Positions 60,605 to 64,000 of a stretch of 64,000 bases of DNA are shown one piece after another. The DNA is from Vitrella brassicaformis CCMP3155 (lineage: Eukaryota; Protista; Chromerida): the NCBI GenBank assembly GCA_001179505.1, contig CDMY01000688.1:231376-295375 (forward strand), written 5' to 3'. Position numbers and translations under genes: made by a program. How positions within the stretch are numbered: position 1 is the first letter of the stretch; every line of letters begins with the position of its first letter. Under the pieces are notes generated by a model. It had not been told where the DNA came from. It was given only the letters and a program-made list of their open reading frames with translations, and ran no database searches.

Positions 60605-62705
60605 ATGCGACGTCTTCGCGGCCTCATCCGGCATCTTGGGATCCCTGGGTCGGCGGCGCAGGCGCATGGCCTGTCATGCGAGGCCACCACATCAGCTGCA
60701 GCAGGTGTGCCGGCGGGGCGGCGGTACCTGTCGAGTGCGGTGAAGGAGATGGAGACCATCAATGAGGGCGACGCCCCTGCACTGCTGACGGGTGAGCTGA
60801 ACCTCACGCAGCACCCCAACGGGCTGATGGAGTTCGTCCTCAACCGGCCCAAGGTCCTCAATGCACTCAGCGTCGACCAAGTGTGAGTGAGCGACGGAAC
60901 GCTGCACTCCCACAATGGGAGCAGAGGAACCACACAAAGGGATGAATCGAATCGACAGACCCATGTGTGAGTGTGTGTGTGTGTGTGTATGTGTCAGGGC
61001 GTGCATCGGCGAGTACTTGTGGATCCTTGACCACAAGAGGGGCAAGGAGTGCCAGGCCATCCTGATGCGCGGCGAAGGGCAGAAGGCCTTCTGTGCGGGC
61101 GGCGACGTGCGGCGCATGGCCGAGGGCGAGGCCGCCTACAGCGTCCGCTTCTTCAGCCGCGAGTACCTCATGGACTACCGCACCTCTCAGCTCAAGAAGC
61201 CCTACGTCGCTCTGTGGAATGGCATCGTCATGGGCGGCGGGGTGGGCATATCGGTCCACGGCAGCTACCGCATCGCCACCGAGAAGACCATGCTTGCCAT
61301 GCCTGAGGGCAACATCGGCCTCTTCCCGGATGTGGGTGCCTCACACGCACTGGCGCCGCTCAAGGGCTTTGGGCTGTATCTGGGACTCACGGGTGCGCGG
61401 CTGAATGGCGCTGACGTGTTGAGGCACGGTGAGATTACCTACTAAGCTGGCATCGTGCACTGCATGTGACAGACGGTCATGTGTGTGTGCGTCTGGTCGT
61501 AGGTTTGGCGACGCATTTTGTGCCATCGGAATCGGTGGAGTCGCTCATTCAGGAATTGAGAGAGGTACGTGCAGACACTGGCTGGGCTGGCTCACGTGTG
61601 TATCGTATCACACGTGCGCTGCGGTTCCCCTCATGTGTGCAGGCGCCGCTGGGTGACTGCGATGTGGGTGCAGCCCACCAAGCCGTCAAGACACTGCTGG
61701 CGTGAGAAACCACACACACCACTGACAGCACGGAGAGAGCGTCTGATGATGTAGTTGAGTTGCTGTTTGTTTGTGTCTGTGCCTGTCAGCAAGTACGGCA
61801 AGTCCCTTGACGAGGTCGCTAAGACGCTGCCGCCATCCGTCGACCAGGAAGCCCTGTCAGCTGTGGATCAGGTGATGTCCCCCCCGTCTGCATCGCTCTC
61901 TGAGGTCATGGGCCGACTCAGGGAGAGAATCGGCTCATCACAGGGGCAGATCAAAGACTTCCTCCAAAAGGCGGGTGGGTGAATCGCTTGGGTGGCAGGG
62001 CTCTGTGCGGAAGGCAGGCCCACACACGCTCTTGTTTCTGGATTGGCGTTGACTGATCAGAGTCAGCCATTCGCGCCAAGTGTCCCATGTCGTGCGTCGT
62101 GTGGCATCGCCTCTTGAAGGAAGTCACAAGTGAGCAACGCCAACAAAGCGCAACACCGGCAGAGCCCAAACACACACAGACGCGTGTGTGTGTGTTGGTG
62201 TGTGTGTGTGTGTTGGGGTGTGTGTGTGTTGGTGTGTCAGAGCCTGACGGTAGTGTGATCGATTTGGCTGACTGCCTGCGTTTTGACTTCGCGCTCGCCC
62301 AGGCCATGACCGTACACGACAGCTACAACTTCAGAGAGGTACGCGCTGCGCCATCCGTGTGATGGCGCATCTCTGCCATCTGTGGCGTGCTCTGCGATGC
62401 CGTGCAGGGTGTGCGTGCGGCTCTGATCGACAAGGACCAGCAGCCAAAGTGGCAGCCGCCCACCATCGAGGACATGGAACATGACACACAACGAATCGAC
62501 ATGTACGCAGCCGACAGACAGACAGATAGACAGACAGACAGACAGACAGAGAGCGAGAGAAGCCAATGTGCAACGTGCCCGTCCAGTCCTGGATGGATGT
62601 GCCGGATGGATGGATGTGTCTGTCTGTCTGTCTGTATCTATGTGTGTGTGCAGGCTGTTCCAGTGTCCGCAGGGAGAGCGGCTCGACGATGTGGTTAAGA
62701 TGTGA
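60605..62705 (+). CDS. HIBCH: 3-hydroxyisobutyryl-CoA hydrolase, mitochondrial (crotonase family)
   Basis: LNRPKVLNAL, KAFCAGGDV, KPYVALWNGIVMGGGVGISVHGSYRIATEKTMLAMPEGNIGLFPDVG, LGLTGARLNG, GVRAALIDKDQQPKWQP; Arg-rich presequence. Confidence 0.93.
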
Positions 62706-63161
62706 TTGATGCCACACAAACGGGCCCATCTATCTATGTGCGGCTGTCGTCGGTCCCGTGGGTCGCCTTTGTCTTGTGACCTAGCTACGGTTTGTTGATG
62801 CCTGACATTTTGTCGTTTGGTGCCCCATATCGATCGAATTCTGATACACGATGCGTGGCTCACGCAGCGAATTCGTCGGTGATCTCTCTGGCTTGACGTC
62901 CTGCCTCTGAGATTGCCGGCAGGTCCGCTGAGTGAGCCACGCACGTGACAGAGCGAGTCAATCGACAGACATGTGCTGACGAGAGCATGGGACGTGTCGA
63001 GTCGAATCCAATCGGAAGTACCGCATCAGATTCTATGCATTCATTCATTCATCCATCCATCCATATAAACACGTGTGTCTGGGCACGTACAAAGCACACA
63101 TAAACACTACTATTGTCCTTACACACACACACCCGCACCCCACAGCTGTCCTGCCCATCCC

Positions 63162-63539
63162 TCAAGCGACAGCCCTCTTGTCCATCTGTCTGGCCTTCTC
63201 AACTTGGTACACCAGCAGCCCAAAGGCCACGACGGTCACCACGCCCATCAGCCCCGACGGCAGGAACACCCGACTCCTCGCGAACCGAACCGTGAAGAAA
63301 ATGGTCAGCAGCAGCTTCACCGCCATGGCGAACTGGAGCCACCCTGTGCGGGCTGTGGCCATGGCCATTACGCCAGATGCGGTCAGGAGGGTGGCGAAGA
63401 CGCTCGACATGGCGATGGAGGGGATGGACCCCTCGCTGACATAGCCCGTCACGCCGCCTGCGAGCACGATCAGTGCAAACACGATGATGATAGCGCCGCC
63501 GAGCCTGTGCGGTGATGCCGAGGCCGCTGCCTTGGCCAT
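63162..63539 (-). CDS. TMEM14-family small membrane protein, intronless
   Basis: LIVLAGGVTGYVSEGSIPSIAMS...RFARSRVFLPSGLM fits the TMEM14 GG..GY..GS..SL and RF...F.P.G pattern. Confidence 0.85.
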   Translation of the reverse strand: MAKAAASASPHRLGGAIIIVFALIVLAGGVTGYVSEGSIPSIAMSSVFATLLTASGVMAMATARTGWLQFAMAVKLLLTIFFTVRFARSRVFLPSGLMGVVTVVAFGLLVYQVEKARQMDKRAVA

Positions 63540-63822
63540 ATCGGTGCTCGCGGTGCTGTTTGTTGTTTATGTCGTGGCGTGTGTGCGGGGAGCGGCTTCT
63601 TTGACCTGTCAGACAGCAACAACGTAGAGAGTGATGAATGAATCTAACACGCAGGCTCATATGTGATGATTACGGACTGACCTCGGTCCACGAGTGGCTG
63701 CTCCGGACCTCCCCTCTCTGGAAGCAACAAAATGGAGGGGAAATTGATGAGTGGAACTGTTCAGGCGTGTGAATCCCAGCTCCTTGCCCCCTTCTTTCCC
63801 CGGCAACCTTCTTTCTCTCTTT

Positions 63823-63831
63823 TGCGAGCTT
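63823..63831 (+). promoter_or_regulatory. TGCGAGCTT between TMEM14 and the next + strand gene
   Basis: Exact motif in a pyrimidine-rich spacer. Confidence 0.5.
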
Positions 63832-63887
63832 GGCTAAAGGTTCTCCTCCCCTCCCTCCTCGCCAGATCTGTCAGAAGTGCAAGTCGG

Positions 63888-63912
63888 TTCAGGGTTTAGG
63901 GTCTAGGGTTCA
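63888..63912 (+). repeat. Three tandem telomere-like heptamers
   Basis: TTCAGGG TTTAGGG TCTAGGG TTCA. Confidence 0.7.
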
Positions 63913-63982
63913 TAGACCGACGATCCACTGATCTGTGAGACAGGACGGCTGTTGAGTCTTTGTCCGTTCCATGAGACAGGCC

Positions 63983-64000
63983 ATGGCGGACAGGACGTCA
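63983..64000 (+). other. Probable start of the next gene (GCCATGGCG), truncated by the window edge
   Basis: Strong ATG context only; 6 codons visible. Confidence 0.25.

Noticed and set aside
1-64000. Hundreds of 60-200 aa ORFs rich in VCVC, THTH, SVCL or DRQT
   Set aside because: They are translations of intronic (GT)n, (CA)n, (GTCT)n and (GGAT)n microsatellites, or antisense shadows of GC-rich exons.

Overview
Eukaryotic, GC-rich, intron-dense DNA. Introns are short, GT-AG and full of (GT)n/(CA)n, (GTCT)n and (GGAT)n microsatellites. This style, plus an AF-type bipartite plastid leader and apicomplexan-like proteins, points to a chromerid alga such as Vitrella brassicaformis (inference, no search run). 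Most of the supplied ORFs are microsatellite or antisense artefacts, so genes were rebuilt from exons by eye. Layout: (1) 1-5.8 kb, the 3' part of a long coiled-coil gene. (2) 6.8-16.9 kb, a mosaic of gene debris: kinase APE-motif remnants, a Vitrella-family fragment, three out-of-order cytoplasmic dynein heavy-chain pieces, and UBA-like and USP-like pieces, punctuated by six copies of TACATTTTATAT. (3) 17.6-25.2 kb, secreted-protein genes, one with phage-tail-like hexapeptide repeats and a Peptidase S74/ICA chaperone domain, plus a DOT1-like methyltransferase. (4) 25.9-64 kb, genes mostly in head-to-head pairs: PDX2/Atg22-like MFS, Venus-flytrap-LRR-multi-TM receptor/CDGSH protein, Sas10/first of two tandem Cys-rich GPI-protein genes, MFS/Mis12-like, plastid-targeted protein/HIBCH, and TMEM14/next gene. 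Six of seven short divergent spacers carry TGCGAGCT(T), a candidate bidirectional promoter element. No rRNA, tRNA, CRISPR array or intact transposase was recognised. All family calls come from motif recognition and need HMM confirmation.
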